NCBI GenBank assembly: GCA_918797485.1
Contig: CAKKNE010000004.1
Coordinates: forward strand, 682,001 to 746,000
From: Pelagomonas calceolata
Taxonomy: Eukaryota
Direction: 5' to 3'
DNA length: 64,000 nucleotides
The notes under the pieces were generated by a model. That model had not been told where the DNA came from, searched no databases, and was given only the letters and a program-made list of their open reading frames with translations. Position numbers and translations under genes: made by a program. Positions 34,601 to 46,938 of this stretch are shown here, in pieces. The first letter of the stretch is position 1. Each line of letters opens with the position of its first letter.

Positions 34601-35706
34601 CCTTTGTGTTGGAGAACGGCGAGCCCATCCAGGAGTGCTGGGGCCACGGCTATTGTGGGGGTCCCGAGACGAACCATTCTTGTATTTGCGATGAGGGCTG
34701 GTACGGCAACTGTAATGTTTCCAGTTGCCCTAAAGGGCCCGCGTGGTTCGACCAGGCCGATGGTCCTAGGTCTGCGCATAGGTTGGCCGAATGTTCCAAC
34801 GCCGGGACGTGCGACCACGCTACGGGGTTATGTCGGTGCGGCATCGGGTTCGAGGGCGGCGCTTGTGAACGGTTGTCGTGCCCAGTGGGTCCGAACGGTG
34901 ACACCTGTAGTGGTCATGGCGAATGCTTGACACTGAGGCAACTCGCGCAGGACGCTTCTTATAATGGCGAGCCGACGCCGATAGCCTACGGGAGCGGTCT
35001 GTCCGAGAACTCCACCGCGTGGGACGCGGACTTCATCCAGCACTGCAAGTGCTACGAACCGGGCTACGGGAACAACTCGTGGTACAATTTGTCGGCGTGG
35101 ACCGGGTACGACTGCTCTAAAAGGGCTTGTCCCACGGGCGACAACCCCTTCGTTTCTGGAAGGCAGTTCGAGCGGCAGTACGTCGAGTGCAAGGCGACGG
35201 GTGGATCTCTCCAATTGACGTTCCGTGGGGCTACTACCCAGCCAATAGCCTACGACGCGTCTTCTATAGAAGTAAAGCGTGCTTTGGAAGCGCTGCACAC
35301 CATCGGGTCTGTTGGTGTGGAAGGTGACGTGTTCTGCGTCCCACCTTGTGCTACTTGTAGTGGTCCGAACACGTGTGCGTCGGATAGTGACGCGCACAAG
35401 GCCTGCGACGTGTATGGATACCCGTTGAACGTCGGGAATTTTAGCATTGAATTCACGTCAGAACTGGGCGACGTGCCGCCCCTTCGAGTGGACTCATCAA
35501 AGCTCCTCGAGGGCACGGTGAAGGTCGGCGAGGCCGTCTCGGGCTCGAAGGCGGACGTCGTCTGCTCGCACCGGGGGACCTGCGACGAGCTTACCGGCGA
35601 CTGCGAGTGCTTCGCGGCCTATACGAGCTCGGACGCGAACAACTCGTTCGGCCTGCGGGAGGACTGCGGGGTGATGCTGTCCTCGGGCTGGGTCGGTAAG
35701 AAGTAG
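31642..35706 (+). CDS. Secreted EGF-rich protein (stramenopile mastigoneme/Sig-like modules) with central YWTD propeller (3 exons)
   Basis: Signal peptide; two ECSNxG..C..G.C.C..GFEG.AC..CP / WDAD...C.C..G..G.DC....C..GD modules; YWTD/FWTD repeats; introns 32941-33094 and 34080-34243 restore the frame. Confidence 0.8.
32941..33094 (+). other. Intron (154 nt), repeat-derived
   Basis: GTGCTGACTCAGCGTCTGTT...CTGCGCAG, phase 0; contains inverted TCGCGTCGATGGCGT / ACGCCATCGACGCGA. Confidence 0.7.
34080..34243 (+). other. GC-AG intron (164 nt), repeat-derived
   Basis: GCGCTGACTCAGCGTCTGTT...GACGCAG, phase 1; restores HDHG|AVIKANMG. Confidence 0.7.
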
Positions 35707-35757
35707 TGCTTGTTTTCTTTTTCTGTTAGACGGGTAGTGGTGTTCATAATTTTTATC

Positions 35758-36987
35758 TTATGCATCCTGCGATGGCTTCGCAGACGAGTCGGCGAGCGTC
35801 TGGGCGAGTTCTTCGCGCTCCTGGGCGAGCTTTGCGCGCGCCGTACGAAAAGCTTCCTGGGCGAGCTTTTCAGGCGTCTCGTTGGCACGGAGCTTTTCTC
35901 GCAAATTCCGCAGTTCCCTCTCTATCAAAGCTGAGGTCGGGTGCGCGCCACCAAGCACGCGCCGCGCGGTCCGTGCCGTGTCCTCGAGTGTCGTCACGGC
36001 CTCGCGGAGATCTTCGAGGGTGGCGGCGACGTCGTCGTCTTGGAGCGTTCGGGCGTAAAAAGACCTCATCCTGAGTGTCATCTCATCATTCTCTCCGAGA
36101 ACGCGTCGCGCCACGGAAATCGCATCGCGCATTAACGTGTTGACTTCTTGCCAGCGCTCTAGATTACCAAGGGACGTCGCGTAGTTGTTGGCTGCTATGA
36201 GGGTTTCTCTACGTTCCTCGCCATGTAGCTTCAATGTTCCAGAGTATACTTCCTGCCGCAGGCGCAGTGCCTCTTCCATACGTCCGATTGCGTGATACGT
36301 CATCGCAAGATTGCCCTGTGTGATGAGCATGTGTTCTGAGTCGCCGAGGCGCCGCATCATAGACAATTCGGCCTCTTGCACAGACACCGCCTCCTCGTAG
36401 TGTTTTGCATCGCATAAACCGCTCCCAAGCGTCGTCATCGCACCACTTCGAACTTGGTCCCCCTCCGGTCGACCCAAGTACGTCTTCCAGCACGCCCACC
36501 CAAGAGCACACGAGACGACGCCGTGGTATTGTTGCTCGCACAGACGACACGTGTGCCACCGATGGAACCTCTCAGTCCTCACCTTGCCACTCAAATTGTT
36601 CTCCTCGGCCTCGTCCATCAAAATCTTCGCCTGCTCCGCCAGACACGACACATGAACGAACCCTGCCGTCCCGCGGCACGAGCACCCGCGCACGAGACCC
36701 TCCTTCGTCTTCCAATGGAGGGCCTGGGTGCAGATGTAGCACGTCTGGCCCTTCGTGTCGTCGGCGCACGCCTCGACCGCGACCGCGACGGCCTCCTTGT
36801 ATTTTTTGTCGGCGTGGTATTGTTCCGCGTTGCCGCCGCGGTGTATTTTCTTACACATCTGCTTGTGACCGCGGCGCCAGTGGTCATGTTGGCAAGTCGA
36901 GTCACAGTAGCGGGTCCAACATCTAACGCAACGCGGCGCGTCGTGGGCCAGTGGGGCGGCGCAGGCGGCGCAAGTTGTGAGGATCAT
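35758..36987 (-). CDS. MYND zinc finger + RINGv + TPR-like protein
   Basis: CAAC..RCVRC..RYCDSTCQ..HW..GHKQMC (MYND); CYIC..GCSCRGTAGFVHVSCL (RINGv); kinesin-light-chain-type TPRs. Confidence 0.85.
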   Translation of the reverse strand: MILTTCAACAAPLAHDAPRCVRCWTRYCDSTCQHDHWRRGHKQMCKKIHRGGNAEQYHADKKYKEAVAVAVEACADDTKGQTCYICTQALHWKTKEGLVRGCSCRGTAGFVHVSCLAEQAKILMDEAEENNLSGKVRTERFHRWHTCRLCEQQYHGVVSCALGWACWKTYLGRPEGDQVRSGAMTTLGSGLCDAKHYEEAVSVQEAELSMMRRLGDSEHMLITQGNLAMTYHAIGRMEEALRLRQEVYSGTLKLHGEERRETLIAANNYATSLGNLERWQEVNTLMRDAISVARRVLGENDEMTLRMRSFYARTLQDDDVAATLEDLREAVTTLEDTARTARRVLGGAHPTSALIERELRNLREKLRANETPEKLAQEAFRTARAKLAQEREELAQTLADSSAKPSQDA

Positions 36988-37207
36988 TTTGCTTTGGCGG
37001 GGTCTGTGAGGGTCGCGGCGGCGGCGCGGTAAGCGTGAGAAACCCGTTTTGTCTTTTTTCAATTCCCACGAGACGCGACCTAGAGCTGTTTGAGCGTCAT
37101 TCGGTTCGCTAACGGTCCACTGAGATCGATAGAACATTTCCTGGGAGGGCGAGGAACATACTCGCGGAAGGTCCCGCGGCGACATTCGCGGATGAGTCTT
37201 ACTTGTT

Positions 37208-37408
37208 GCCAAAGTGCACCAGCGATTGACGCCGCCATCCCCCATCCAGATAGTACATTATATCAACTCCAGCTCAGTTTTCATCCAGAATCGACGGAAC
37301 CGGAGCCGACGACCCGCGCTCGGAGGGCGGGAGAAGAATTCTACTAGACAACTCCCGAGTTTATGTTCGTTTTCTTCCGTTTGTTGGTGGTAGATTCCAT
37401 CCAGCCCG
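37208..37408. repeat. ~200-bp direct repeat, copy A
   Basis: Ungapped match to 43900-44100 (e.g. GAATTCTACTAGACAACTCCCGAGTTTATGTTCGTTT identical). Confidence 0.9.
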
Positions 37409-37786
37409 CCTCAACGTTTACTGAGCCCAGTCTCTTGATCCGCACGAGCGCGCCCCCAAACCCCGAGTAACAGCTGCTACTACTCCGTCTGAAGCGTAGA
37501 TGGCCCGCTTACTTGCCCGCGAACCATGCGTCGCGGAAGTTCTTCGATAGCCAAGCCGGACTCGTCCGCCGCGGCCTCGGGACAATTCCACGCCGACGAA
37601 ACTTCAAGTCACTGTGACGGTCTGAACAATTAGCGTGCGTGCCCACTTAAATACCCCCTCAATAGCCATATGAATAGATAATAGATTACGGACGGAGGAT
37701 TCGAAGGTCAACATCGCCCGATAGACTCGGTCCAGCCTGAGTCACTCGGAAGAAGAAAAGATATTGCATATGGCAAAAAGAGGAGC

Positions 37787-40700
37787 TCACCGCACAGGAG
37801 TGCCGGGCACCTCGGTGCCGGCCGCGGCGCCGACGGCCACTGCGGCCTTGGCGGACGACGATGGCTTCGTTGCGGGTGCGACCTTCGTGCCTCCCGTACC
37901 CTTTTTCTTCTTCTTCCAGTATAGGTACGCTCCGACGCCAGCAAGAGCGAGCAAGACAACGACGGCGACGACGATGATAATGATGACGCCGCCGCCGTCC
38001 TTGCCATCGCCGGCGGAACCCCCGGGCGTTGTTGTCGGACCCGCGGTCGGCTGCGGCCTTGTCGGAGACGCGGTAGGGCCTGGCGTTGTCACGATCACTT
38101 CGAGAACGGCATCCGCAATAGCCGTTTGCGTCGCCGCTACGTCGACGACCACGGCGGAGAATGCCGCGGCGGCCTCGGCAGACTCTTCCGCAGCCTTCGT
38201 CTGAAGCGTCGCCAGAAAGCTTCCGTCGGCGACCGCAGTCGTCAGCGCTGCCGTAGCCTGGCTCAGCACATCTGCAGCAACAGAGTTTGCGTCCTCGACG
38301 TCGTCGACGCGCGCGACGCCAGTGTACGAGATGCCAACGCCCGAACCTTCGTCGAGGCGCCTCCGACCCCCGGCAGCCTCGATATCAATTACCTCGTCGA
38401 ACGCTCCATTAGAGCGGTCCAGAATCGACTGCGCGAAGGCCGCCTTCATGCCTTCATCGGCATTAAATTCAGTCGCGACAATACCTTCAAGCGTCACCGA
38501 CGAGGCGATCTTGACTAATGTTTGAGCGGGTGTCGGCGCCGGCGTCGGCGCCAGCGAAGGGTCAGGCGTCGTCGGCGCTGGCGTCGGGCGCGGCGTCGGC
38601 GCGGTCGACGGCGTGGGGCTCGGTTGTGCGGTCGTCGGTGCCTCTGTTGGTGGCAAGCTCATCGTGGGCGCAGGGCTTCCCGTCGGCGAGGGCGACGGTA
38701 CTAAAGTCGGGCGCGGACTTGGCGCGGGAGACGGCGCCGGAACTGGAACAACCGACGGCGGCGACGTCGGAACGCCCGATGGGGCGGCCGTCGATGGCTG
38801 CGACGTCGTCGGGAGTGGACTCGGCGCGGGAGACGGCGCCGGAACCGGAGCAACCGTCGGTTCAGACGTCGGAGCGCCCGATGGGGCGGCCGTCGATGGC
38901 TGCGACGTCGTCGGCTGTGGCGTCGGCACCGCCGTGGACGGTTGTGGCGACGGCACAAAGGTCGGGCTCGACGTGCTCGGTTGCGAAGTCGGCACTGCTG
39001 TCGGGGCGCAGGTGCTAGCTCCTCCCAGCACGACGCCGCACGACATCGAATTACACAGGGGGGCGGCTCCGACGATGCCACAGGGGACCAGGTATTCGGG
39101 GAAGCAAAGACCCTCGACCTGGATATTGTTGCTGAATGCCGAGTCCATGTTCACGTCGTCGTCCACGCACCAGCCGAGGTCCTGGTTGAAGGCCGAGGCG
39201 CTCCAGAACATGTATTCCATGCTCGTGACGCTCTGGATCGCCCAACCACCGATGTCCTGGTTAAAAGACGAGGCTGCGAACATCCCGTACATGCTTGTGA
39301 CGCTGTCAACTGCCCAATCACCGAGGTCCTTGTTGAAGGACGAGGCGCCGGTGAACATCCTGTACATATTAGTGATGCCGGAGGTGTCCCAAGCGCCGAT
39401 GTCTCTGTTAAAGGTCGAAGCATAGTAGAACATCGACTCCATGGTCGTGACGCCGGAAGTATCCCACGCGCCGATGTCCTCGTTGAAGGAATCCGTCGAT
39501 AAGACGCAGTCGTCCCATCCCGCACAATACCATAAACCACAAACATCCGGGTGGCACCAGTCGCTACCAGTACAGCACCACCAATAAGGATGGTATTGCG
39601 CTAACGGTCCGGGGCAGCCATAAATGCCGTCCCCTGCGTACGAGTCCCCTGGTAGATAATATTCTTGACGTGTAGGGTATGATCCTTCGCCCATCCACCT
39701 CTGCCGCACGCAAAACAAAAACGACATGTCCGTCACCCCTGATGTCTCCCACGTCGAGATGTGGCCGTATGTCGCTTCGGCGAACGTTGGGTTCGAGACC
39801 CACGCTGCGACTGCCGTTCGGATACTGCTGTCGTCCATGGCCCCGCCGCTGCCACCGCATCTTACGGCAGCCCACCAAAAGACGCCACACGACGTCAACT
39901 CGCACTGGGTGTTGGCAAACGCGCTGCTCAGGCTCACGTCATCGTCCAGGCACCAGCCGAGGTCCTGGTCGAAGGCCGTGGCGTTGTAGAACATCGAGCT
40001 CATATCCGTGACACTGTCAACCGCCCAACCACCGATGTCCTGGTCGAAGGCAATGTTTCCAGCGAACATCCCTCCCATGCTCGTGGCGCCAGAGGTATCC
40101 CACGCGCCGATGTCGTCGTTGAAGGACGCCGCGGCCGTCGGACAGCAGCCGCGCAGGGACCCGCAGCCCTCGTCCCGGAACCAGCGACCGATGTCCGATC
40201 CGTCGTCGAAGTCGCAGCCGCTGCTCACGAACGCTGCAAGCTCGCTCTCCCCGACGGCGTCGCTGCACTCGTCGCAGTCCTCCCCGAAGCAATCACTACA
40301 AATCTCCGAGTGCGGCTCGTTGCCCTCGCACTCCATGTTCACGCACGCGAGGCACGCCGCCATGTCGTCGTCGTGAGCTGCGCAAAACAAATACGCCATG
40401 TCCGTCACCCCGCCAGTCTCCCACGCCGAGATGTGGCCGTACATCGCCTCGACAGCTGCGCTGTCCGAGAACCACGCGGCGACGGCCGTTCTGATGGTGC
40501 TATCGGTCATGGGGCAGACACCTTCTTGACGCTGCACGACACCGCACGACGTCGACTCGCACTGGGTGCTCGCGTACGCTGCGCTCAGGTCCGCGCTGTC
40601 GTCCAGGCACCAGCCGAGGTCCTGGTCGAAGTCCGAGGCGTCTCTGAACATCTCATACATCGACGTGACGCCGGATGTGTTCCACGCGCCGAGGTCCTGG

Positions 40701-43700
40701 TTAAAGGCCGAAGCGTGGGAGAACATCTCGCGCATCGACGTGACGCCAGAGGTGTCCCACGCGCCGAGGTCCTGGTTAAAGGCCGAGGCGTCTCTGAACA
40801 TCTGGTACATCGACGTGACGCGGGAGGTGTCCCACGCGCCGATGTCTTGGTTAAAAGACGAGGCATCCCAGAACATGGAGGCCATGTTAGTGACGCCGGA
40901 GGTGTCCCACGCGCCGAGGTCCTGGTCGAAGGCCGAAGCGTAGTAGAACATGTAGTCCAAACTTGTGACGCTGGAGGTGTCCCACGCGCCGATGTCCTGG
41001 TCGAAGGCCGAGGCGCCGCCGAACATCCCGCTCATATCCGTGACGCTGTGGACCGCCCAACCACCGATGTCTCGGTTAAAGGACGAGGCTTCGACAAACA
41101 TGCTGTTCATCTCTGTCACGCCAGAGGTGTCCCACGAGCTAATGTCCTCGTTGAAGGACGCTGCCCCCGAGTTGTAGGAGTCACACCAGCCGCCGGAGCA
41201 AAACAATTCCGACATGTCCGTCACCCCTGAAGTCTCCCAAGTCGAAATGTGGCCGTACGTCGCCTCGGCGGCCGTCGCGCCCGCAAGCCACGCTGCGACG
41301 GCGGTTCTGATGGTGCTGTCGGTCATGGCGAAGCCAAAGCAAAACCCCTGTGCATGCGGTTTCCCGACGCCGCACGACGTCGACGCGCACAGGGTTCCGG
41401 AGAACACGCCACGCAGGTCCACTATGTCGTCCACGCACCAGCCGAGGTCCTGGTCGAACTCCAAGGCGTCGGCGAACATCCCGCTCATATCCGTGACGCT
41501 TTGGACCGCCCAATCACCGATGTCCTGGTTAAAGGCGGAGGCTTCGGCAAACATCCCGTTCATATCCGTGACGCTGTCGACCGCCCAACCACTGATGTCC
41601 TGGTTCAACGTCGATTGGCCCCAGAACATCCAATCCATCGTCGTGACACCAGAGGTATCCCACGCGCCGATGGCTTCGTTGAAGGACGACGTCGATAAGA
41701 CGCAGTCCTCATAGCACCCGCCGCCATGTAAGATGCAGTCATCATACATCCAATCCTGCCGCACGCAAAACAAATACGACATGTCCGTCACCCCTCCGGT
41801 CTCCCACGTCGAGATGTGGCCGTACGTCGCCTCGGCGGCGGCGCGATCCGAGAACCAGAGTTTCACGGCCGTTCTAACAGTGCTGTCGTCCGCGACCAGG
41901 GGCGTGACTGTCGGTGCAGGCGTCGCAGTCGGAGCGGAAGATAACGTCGGCGCTAATGTCGGCGCACAGCCCCCGTCCACTTGCGCGACGCCGCACGACG
42001 TCGACTCGCACAGGGTGTCGTCGAACGCCTGGTCGAAGTCACCAGAGTCGTCGTCTACCACGTCGCCGCCTACGCACCAGCCGAGGTCCTGGTCGAAGGC
42101 CGTGGCGCCTGCGAACATAAATACCATTGAAGTGACCTTGTCGACCCGCCAGTCGCCGATGTCCTGGTTAAAGGCCGAGGCGCCGCTGAACATCCAGCTC
42201 ATGCTCCTGACGTTTTGGACCGCCCATCCACTGATGTCCTGGTCGAAGGCCGAGGCGCCGTCGAACATCAAATACATCGACGTAACGCCAGAGGTGTCCC
42301 ACGCGCCGATGTCCTCGTTGAAGGACGATTCCCATAGAAACAACCCCGACATGTCCGTCACCCCCGATGTCTCCCACGTCGAGATGTGGCCATACGTCGC
42401 CTCGGCGGCCGTCGCGTCCGAGTCCCATGCAGCGACGGCCGTGCGGATGCTGGCGTCGGTCATTGGAGTGCCTCCACATCGAAGTGCAGCCGAGTAATAG
42501 ACGCCGCACGATGTTGACTCGCACGAGGTGCCGTCGAAAGCGTCGTCCAGGTCCACGCCGTCGTTCACGCACCAGCCGAAGTCCTGGTCGAAGGCCGAGG
42601 CGTAGGCGAACATCCACTTCATCGTCGTGACGCCGGAGGTGTCCCACGCGCCGATGTCCTGGTTAAAGGCCGAGGCGTAGCGGAACATGTTTTCCATCGA
42701 TGTGACGCCAGAGGTGTCCCACGCGCCGATGTCCTCGTCGAAGGACGCCGCGGCCGCGTTGTATACATAATCGCAATTATAATTTGATGTTGCAACAAAA
42801 AGGCAACTCATGTCCGTCACGCCCCCAGTCTCCCACGTAGAAATGTGGCCGTACGTCGCCTCGGCAGCGGACTGGTCGTCAAACCAAGCCGCCACCGCCG
42901 TTCTAATGCTATCGTCGTCCATCACATAGCCCGTGAGCGCGCGCCGCTGCGCGAGGCCTCCCGCCGGCGCGCGCGGAGGGTTATTAATCTTGATCATGGT
43001 TTTGGACTTGGTGTTGTCGTCGCTGCGGCCGCTGCGGCCGCGGACCGAAGTCTCCGCCGCCACGCGGGTGGCGTCCCCCCAAATAAGCAGGTAGACGACG
43101 GACGAGCGCCAGGCCGCCCCCTTCGCCGAGCTGCTGCGCCGCGGAACCACCGAAGCGAGTACCTGGAAGAGGCACCAGGAAGTCCGCCCAAGGTAGCTCT
43201 GGGCCGCTGCTTCTCCGTCGACGCCGCCCTTGGTCGCGTCCGGGGCCATGAACTGCATCGTGGTGCCGGGCGTAGGCGCCAGCTCGGCGGACGCGACGTC
43301 CAAGACGTCGACGCCGCCCTTGGTCGCGTCCGGGGCCATGAACTGCATCGTGGTGCCAGAAACAGGCTGCTCGATGGCGTGGAGCGCGTGCCCCCCGCCA
43401 GCCTGGTACTTGTTCGCGACGCGCTCGGTCGTCGCCGCGCAATGTATAGTCTCGGAGTCGAACGCGTCGGCGTAGACGGCCCCGAAGTTTTTGTAGAGCT
43501 GGAGCCACGACTTCGTCGCAGCGTCGGTGCTCGCTAGGTTCCTCCTGGGGAAAGCGCCGTCGAGGCCGTTCTCGCCGGCTTGCGCGCCGCGCGTGCTGCC
43601 GTTTCCGTAGGACGTGGTGATTTCATAGTCTCCAGCAAATGTCTCGATCCCCGCCTCGCTGTCGTCGTGCGCCGCGGCGGTCGAGCCGCCCTTGGGGCAG

Positions 43701-43798
43701 CTGCTCAGTTTGATACCGCCCCGCGCGGGCGCCCGCGGCGGCGCGGCGCTGCCCAAGCGCAGCAGCAGGGCACCGGCGACCACGGCGAGGCCCAGCAT
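37787..43798 (-). CDS. DUF285/BspA-type repeat surface protein, type-I transmembrane
   Basis: Signal peptide; 6 modules of 25-aa repeats; P/T/S-rich stalk; TM helix [24 protein letters not shown] followed by KKKKK. Confidence 0.85.
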   Translation of the reverse strand: MLGLAVVAGALLLRLGSAAPPRAPARGGIKLSSCPKGGSTAAAHDDSEAGIETFAGDYEITTSYGNGSTRGAQAGENGLDGAFPRRNLASTDAATKSWLQLYKNFGAVYADAFDSETIHCAATTERVANKYQAGGGHALHAIEQPVSGTTMQFMAPDATKGGVDVLDVASAELAPTPGTTMQFMAPDATKGGVDGEAAAQSYLGRTSWCLFQVLASVVPRRSSSAKGAAWRSSVVYLLIWGDATRVAAETSVRGRSGRSDDNTKSKTMIKINNPPRAPAGGLAQRRALTGYVMDDDSIRTAVAAWFDDQSAAEATYGHISTWETGGVTDMSCLFVATSNYNCDYVYNAAAASFDEDIGAWDTSGVTSMENMFRYASAFNQDIGAWDTSGVTTMKWMFAYASAFDQDFGWCVNDGVDLDDAFDGTSCESTSCGVYYSAALRCGGTPMTDASIRTAVAAWDSDATAAEATYGHISTWETSGVTDMSGLFLWESSFNEDIGAWDTSGVTSMYLMFDGASAFDQDISGWAVQNVRSMSWMFSGASAFNQDIGDWRVDKVTSMVFMFAGATAFDQDLGWCVGGDVVDDDSGDFDQAFDDTLCESTSCGVAQVDGGCAPTLAPTLSSAPTATPAPTVTPLVADDSTVRTAVKLWFSDRAAAEATYGHISTWETGGVTDMSYLFCVRQDWMYDDCILHGGGCYEDCVLSTSSFNEAIGAWDTSGVTTMDWMFWGQSTLNQDISGWAVDSVTDMNGMFAEASAFNQDIGDWAVQSVTDMSGMFADALEFDQDLGWCVDDIVDLRGVFSGTLCASTSCGVGKPHAQGFCFGFAMTDSTIRTAVAAWLAGATAAEATYGHISTWETSGVTDMSELFCSGGWCDSYNSGAASFNEDISSWDTSGVTEMNSMFVEASSFNRDIGGWAVHSVTDMSGMFGGASAFDQDIGAWDTSSVTSLDYMFYYASAFDQDLGAWDTSGVTNMASMFWDASSFNQDIGAWDTSRVTSMYQMFRDASAFNQDLGAWDTSGVTSMREMFSHASAFNQDLGAWNTSGVTSMYEMFRDASDFDQDLGWCLDDSADLSAAYASTQCESTSCGVVQRQEGVCPMTDSTIRTAVAAWFSDSAAVEAMYGHISAWETGGVTDMAYLFCAAHDDDMAACLACVNMECEGNEPHSEICSDCFGEDCDECSDAVGESELAAFVSSGCDFDDGSDIGRWFRDEGCGSLRGCCPTAAASFNDDIGAWDTSGATSMGGMFAGNIAFDQDIGGWAVDSVTDMSSMFYNATAFDQDLGWCLDDDVSLSSAFANTQCELTSCGVFWWAAVRCGGSGGAMDDSSIRTAVAAWVSNPTFAEATYGHISTWETSGVTDMSFLFCVRQRWMGEGSYPTRQEYYLPGDSYAGDGIYGCPGPLAQYHPYWWCCTGSDWCHPDVCGLWYCAGWDDCVLSTDSFNEDIGAWDTSGVTTMESMFYYASTFNRDIGAWDTSGITNMYRMFTGASSFNKDLGDWAVDSVTSMYGMFAASSFNQDIGGWAIQSVTSMEYMFWSASAFNQDLGWCVDDDVNMDSAFSNNIQVEGLCFPEYLVPCGIVGAAPLCNSMSCGVVLGGASTCAPTAVPTSQPSTSSPTFVPSPQPSTAVPTPQPTTSQPSTAAPSGAPTSEPTVAPVPAPSPAPSPLPTTSQPSTAAPSGVPTSPPSVVPVPAPSPAPSPRPTLVPSPSPTGSPAPTMSLPPTEAPTTAQPSPTPSTAPTPRPTPAPTTPDPSLAPTPAPTPAQTLVKIASSVTLEGIVATEFNADEGMKAAFAQSILDRSNGAFDEVIDIEAAGGRRRLDEGSGVGISYTGVARVDDVEDANSVAADVLSQATAALTTAVADGSFLATLQTKAAEESAEAAAAFSAVVVDVAATQTAIADAVLEVIVTTPGPTASPTRPQPTAGPTTTPGGSAGDGKDGGGVIIIIVVAVVVLLALAGVGAYLYWKKKKKGTGGTKVAPATKPSSSAKAAVAVGAAAGTEVPGTPVR

Positions 43799-43899
43799 CT
43801 CTCTAGGTCCTTGTGACCTCGCGGTCCAGGGCGCAGTGTGCACGTGTGGTGCATCCTAGTGTGTCGATACGCTAGCTCACTAGTTGGTCTTTACAACTC

Positions 43900-44100
43900 G
43901 CCAAAATACACCAGCGATTGACGACGCCATCTACTATCCAAATAGTACATTCTATCAACTCCAGCCCAGTTTTCATCCACACTCGACGGAACCGGAGCCG
44001 ACGGCCCGCGCTCGGAGGGCGGGAAAAGAATTCTACTAGACAACTCCCGAGTTTATGTTCGTTTCCTTCCGTTTGTTAGGGGTAGAGTCCATCTAGGCCG
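43900..44100. repeat. ~200-bp direct repeat, copy B
   Basis: Matches 37208-37408 at a constant offset of 6692 bp. Confidence 0.9.
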
Positions 44101-45339
44101 ATTGAACACGTACTCATCTATTTTAGATGACCCGTTAGAGCCGCGGGATTCGGCGACTTTGGTACCGCGCGTTTGTGTTTAAACGGCCGAATAACCCAGA
44201 TCCGCGAGTATCAGCGACGACACCATCCAGATGGACCATAACGCCGTTGTTCTATTCACAATCGACCGACTTGCCCGTTCTCCGCGGACGACGGTGCGGA
44301 GACGGAGCACCGGAAAGGCTCCAGACCCGTGAGTTGTGGAATAAATTCGTGTTTCAGGCGCTTCGGTTCCGGGACGGGCCAGATAACCGGCCTGAGCGTG
44401 AACTACATTGCATTTTTTGTTCCGTAAGCTCCCGGCGGCTCGTCCATCCCGAGACTCCAGGATCTCGACAATTTGGGCGCCAGACCTGGACCTGCGGCCA
44501 TCAGCCCGTGTACCTTCACCATGGACCATAACGCGATCATTTGTTTCATGACCGACGGACTTACGCGAGGTCCAGATAAAGATGTTCGCGTCCCGAGCGT
44601 GGGCGGCCTAAAGTACCCTTCTCGTGGTGTAGATGTCATATACTTGTAGTTGACTATCGGTGGGGTAGTATAGGGTCCGACGAGACCGCTACGGCGACTA
44701 CTGGAGGCCCTCGGGTAATTGACGTTTTTGACGGGAACGGGGCGCCATCGGGTCCAAATTATTTACTTTTTGTGGATGCAGATCGGCTCGTGGACTCCCT
44801 CCGGGATAGGTCTGGGGTCGGGTAGTCGCCTACGCCGCATGCGCCGGTGCTTGGGGCTCCCCAGAGAGCTCTGGATCAAGAAGTTGTCGGACCTGTACTG
44901 GAGCTCCGCGCAATGCTGAGGACCTGCACTGATATGTATCTACCGATGGAAGCGCCCACGCATGCGGCGTAGGCGATTGCACGTGTATAGTACCGACCCT
45001 ATGCGACCCCAGGGCGACCTCTGGGCCACGGATTGACAGGTTTCCACCGGCGCGGCCGCCCTGTGGCCTCGTCCGCGAATTAAAAAATTTCCTTTTTCGG
45101 CCCCCGGTACGTGTCCCATTGATCTCTTTGGACCAGTATCGAACCGAGCAGTACTCAAACGGCTGCATGTCGCGACATGTTGTGCACACCTGTAAACCCG
45201 TTTTAGCATGATTTCGAGGTTCCGAGATAATTAGTTTTTTTTAGAAGGGAGACGCACTGAGGGGCGCAAAACGAGCCCTGCGGCCACCGAGCGTCTGCGC
45301 AGCACCGCCTCTTGACAGTGAATGCGCTTCTCCCGCAGC

Positions 45340-46293
45340 ATGCATCTAGCAGCGCTGCTTTTGCCCCCTGCCGCCGCGCTGCTGGCCCCGGCCGTCGTCC
45401 CGAAGGCCCCGCCGCGCGTCGCGCTCCGACCCGAAGAGGTCGCATTCCTCGACGCCATCACCTGCGACGCTAGAGATCTCCGGCAGGCCGAGGCCCTCTA
45501 CGAAAAATACGGCGTCGTGCGCTTGCGAAGGGCGGCCGCGAACGCGGACCTTCTCGCGCGGCAAGCCACGTCGGCCGGCGTCGTGGCGGACGCGTTCGGC
45601 CAGAAGCGACGGGAAGACCGCTACACGATCCACCTGCGGGGCGACGCGAGGAAATGGCAAGGGGATGGCTCCGACTCCACCGACGACAGCGCGGGCGACG
45701 GGCGCCTCGAGCACCTCGCGCCGGCCGTGGCGGACTGGCTGGATGAGCGGCGGCCGTGGCGGGCGGTCTGCGGCGACGACGAATCCGTTCTAGGCCGCGT
45801 GGAAATCAAGTTTTGAGGCGCCCCGCGGCTCGCTGGCATGAATCCACTGGTCGATTCTACACAGGTCATAGGCCTGGCCGAGCTCGTCGTCTCGCTGCCG
45901 GGCGGGTCGGCGCAGCGCTGGCATTATGATGGTGTCGGCGCGACGGCGCAGGTGGCCTGCTGCGACATCACCGCGGCGCTCGGGCCCACGGAGCTCGTGC
46001 CGCGCATTCTACCGCCGGACTACGTCCACGGCCGGAGCCGCGCGGCGCGGGGCCCCTACGATGTGACGACGCTCCTGAGCCGCGTCGGCTGGATTTTTCT
46101 CAGGCCCTTCGCGGCGAAATTAATCGAGTCGCGGACGCTCCTGCCCGCGACGGTGCGCCTCTGCGGCGCCGCGGGCGACGTTGTGGTGTACGACGCGGCG
46201 ATGTTTCACAGAGGTGGCGCGAACCGCGCGGCCGTCGCGCGGCCCATCCTCGCGATACACGTCCGGCCGAAGCCAGAGGATAAAAACACATAG
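45340..46293 (+). CDS. Phytanoyl-CoA dioxygenase-like 2OG-Fe(II) oxygenase (2 exons)
   Basis: QRWHYD and FHRGGAN..R motifs; signal-like leader; intron 45787-45864 removes an in-frame stop. Confidence 0.75.
45787..45864 (+). mobile_element. Introner-derived intron (78 nt)
   Basis: TSD GTTCTAGG / GTCATAGG; TIRs CCGCGTGGAAATCAA / TCGATTCTACACAG. Confidence 0.85.
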
Positions 46294-46299
46294 GATAAG

Positions 46300-46938
46300 T
46301 TACCGGACGGGCTGGATCGACACCGTGCCGATGTTCGTGTCCTCGTCGAGTGCGGCGCTCGACAGCCCGAACAAATCGGCGTTGTAGTTCTCCTTCCGCC
46401 GCGCGGCGACGGACCCCGACGACAACAACTGCTCGCCCTCGTTCGGCCGCGACTTGTGGCCCAGCCGCAGCGCTAACCGCCCCCCTTCCGGCAAACCGAT
46501 CTTTTCAGAATCGAGCGAGACCAGGAGAAACGGATACAGGGGCTCCTCGAAGAGGCCCCAGATCCAGAGGCCGTCGCGCTTGTCGTCCGGGTCCTCGCTC
46601 AGCTGCCACGTGCCCGCGTCGGTCGCGGCGCCGTCCTCGCCGACGAGGCGCAGCGAGCCCTGCGGCGGCTCGAAGCCGATCTCGTCCGCGAACTCCGCGA
46701 TGACCGTCGCGCGCCGGTCGAGGGCCGGCAGCGCGAACGAGAGCCGCCACCGGCCCGGCAGCGTCTGCGCGTCCGAGAAGGTCTCGCTGCTTCCCGTGAG
46801 CGCGTCGAAGACGCCGCGTAAGGGCGCCACACGCTGCGAGCTGCGTTGGTCGGACACGCCGGCGCTGCGTCGACGGTGCGTGCGCGGTGCCAGTGCCAGG
46901 GCGGCGGTGCAAAGCATCAGCGAGGAGAGCCACCTCAT
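46300..46938 (-). CDS. Hypothetical protein, probably plastid-targeted
   Basis: Signal peptide followed by an Arg/Ser-rich transit-like stretch; conserved-looking WQLSEDPDD..DGLWIWGLFEEPLYPF. Confidence 0.7.
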   Translation of the reverse strand: MRWLSSLMLCTAALALAPRTHRRRSAGVSDQRSSQRVAPLRGVFDALTGSSETFSDAQTLPGRWRLSFALPALDRRATVIAEFADEIGFEPPQGSLRLVGEDGAATDAGTWQLSEDPDDKRDGLWIWGLFEEPLYPFLLVSLDSEKIGLPEGGRLALRLGHKSRPNEGEQLLSSGSVAARRKENYNADLFGLSSAALDEDTNIGTVSIQPVR

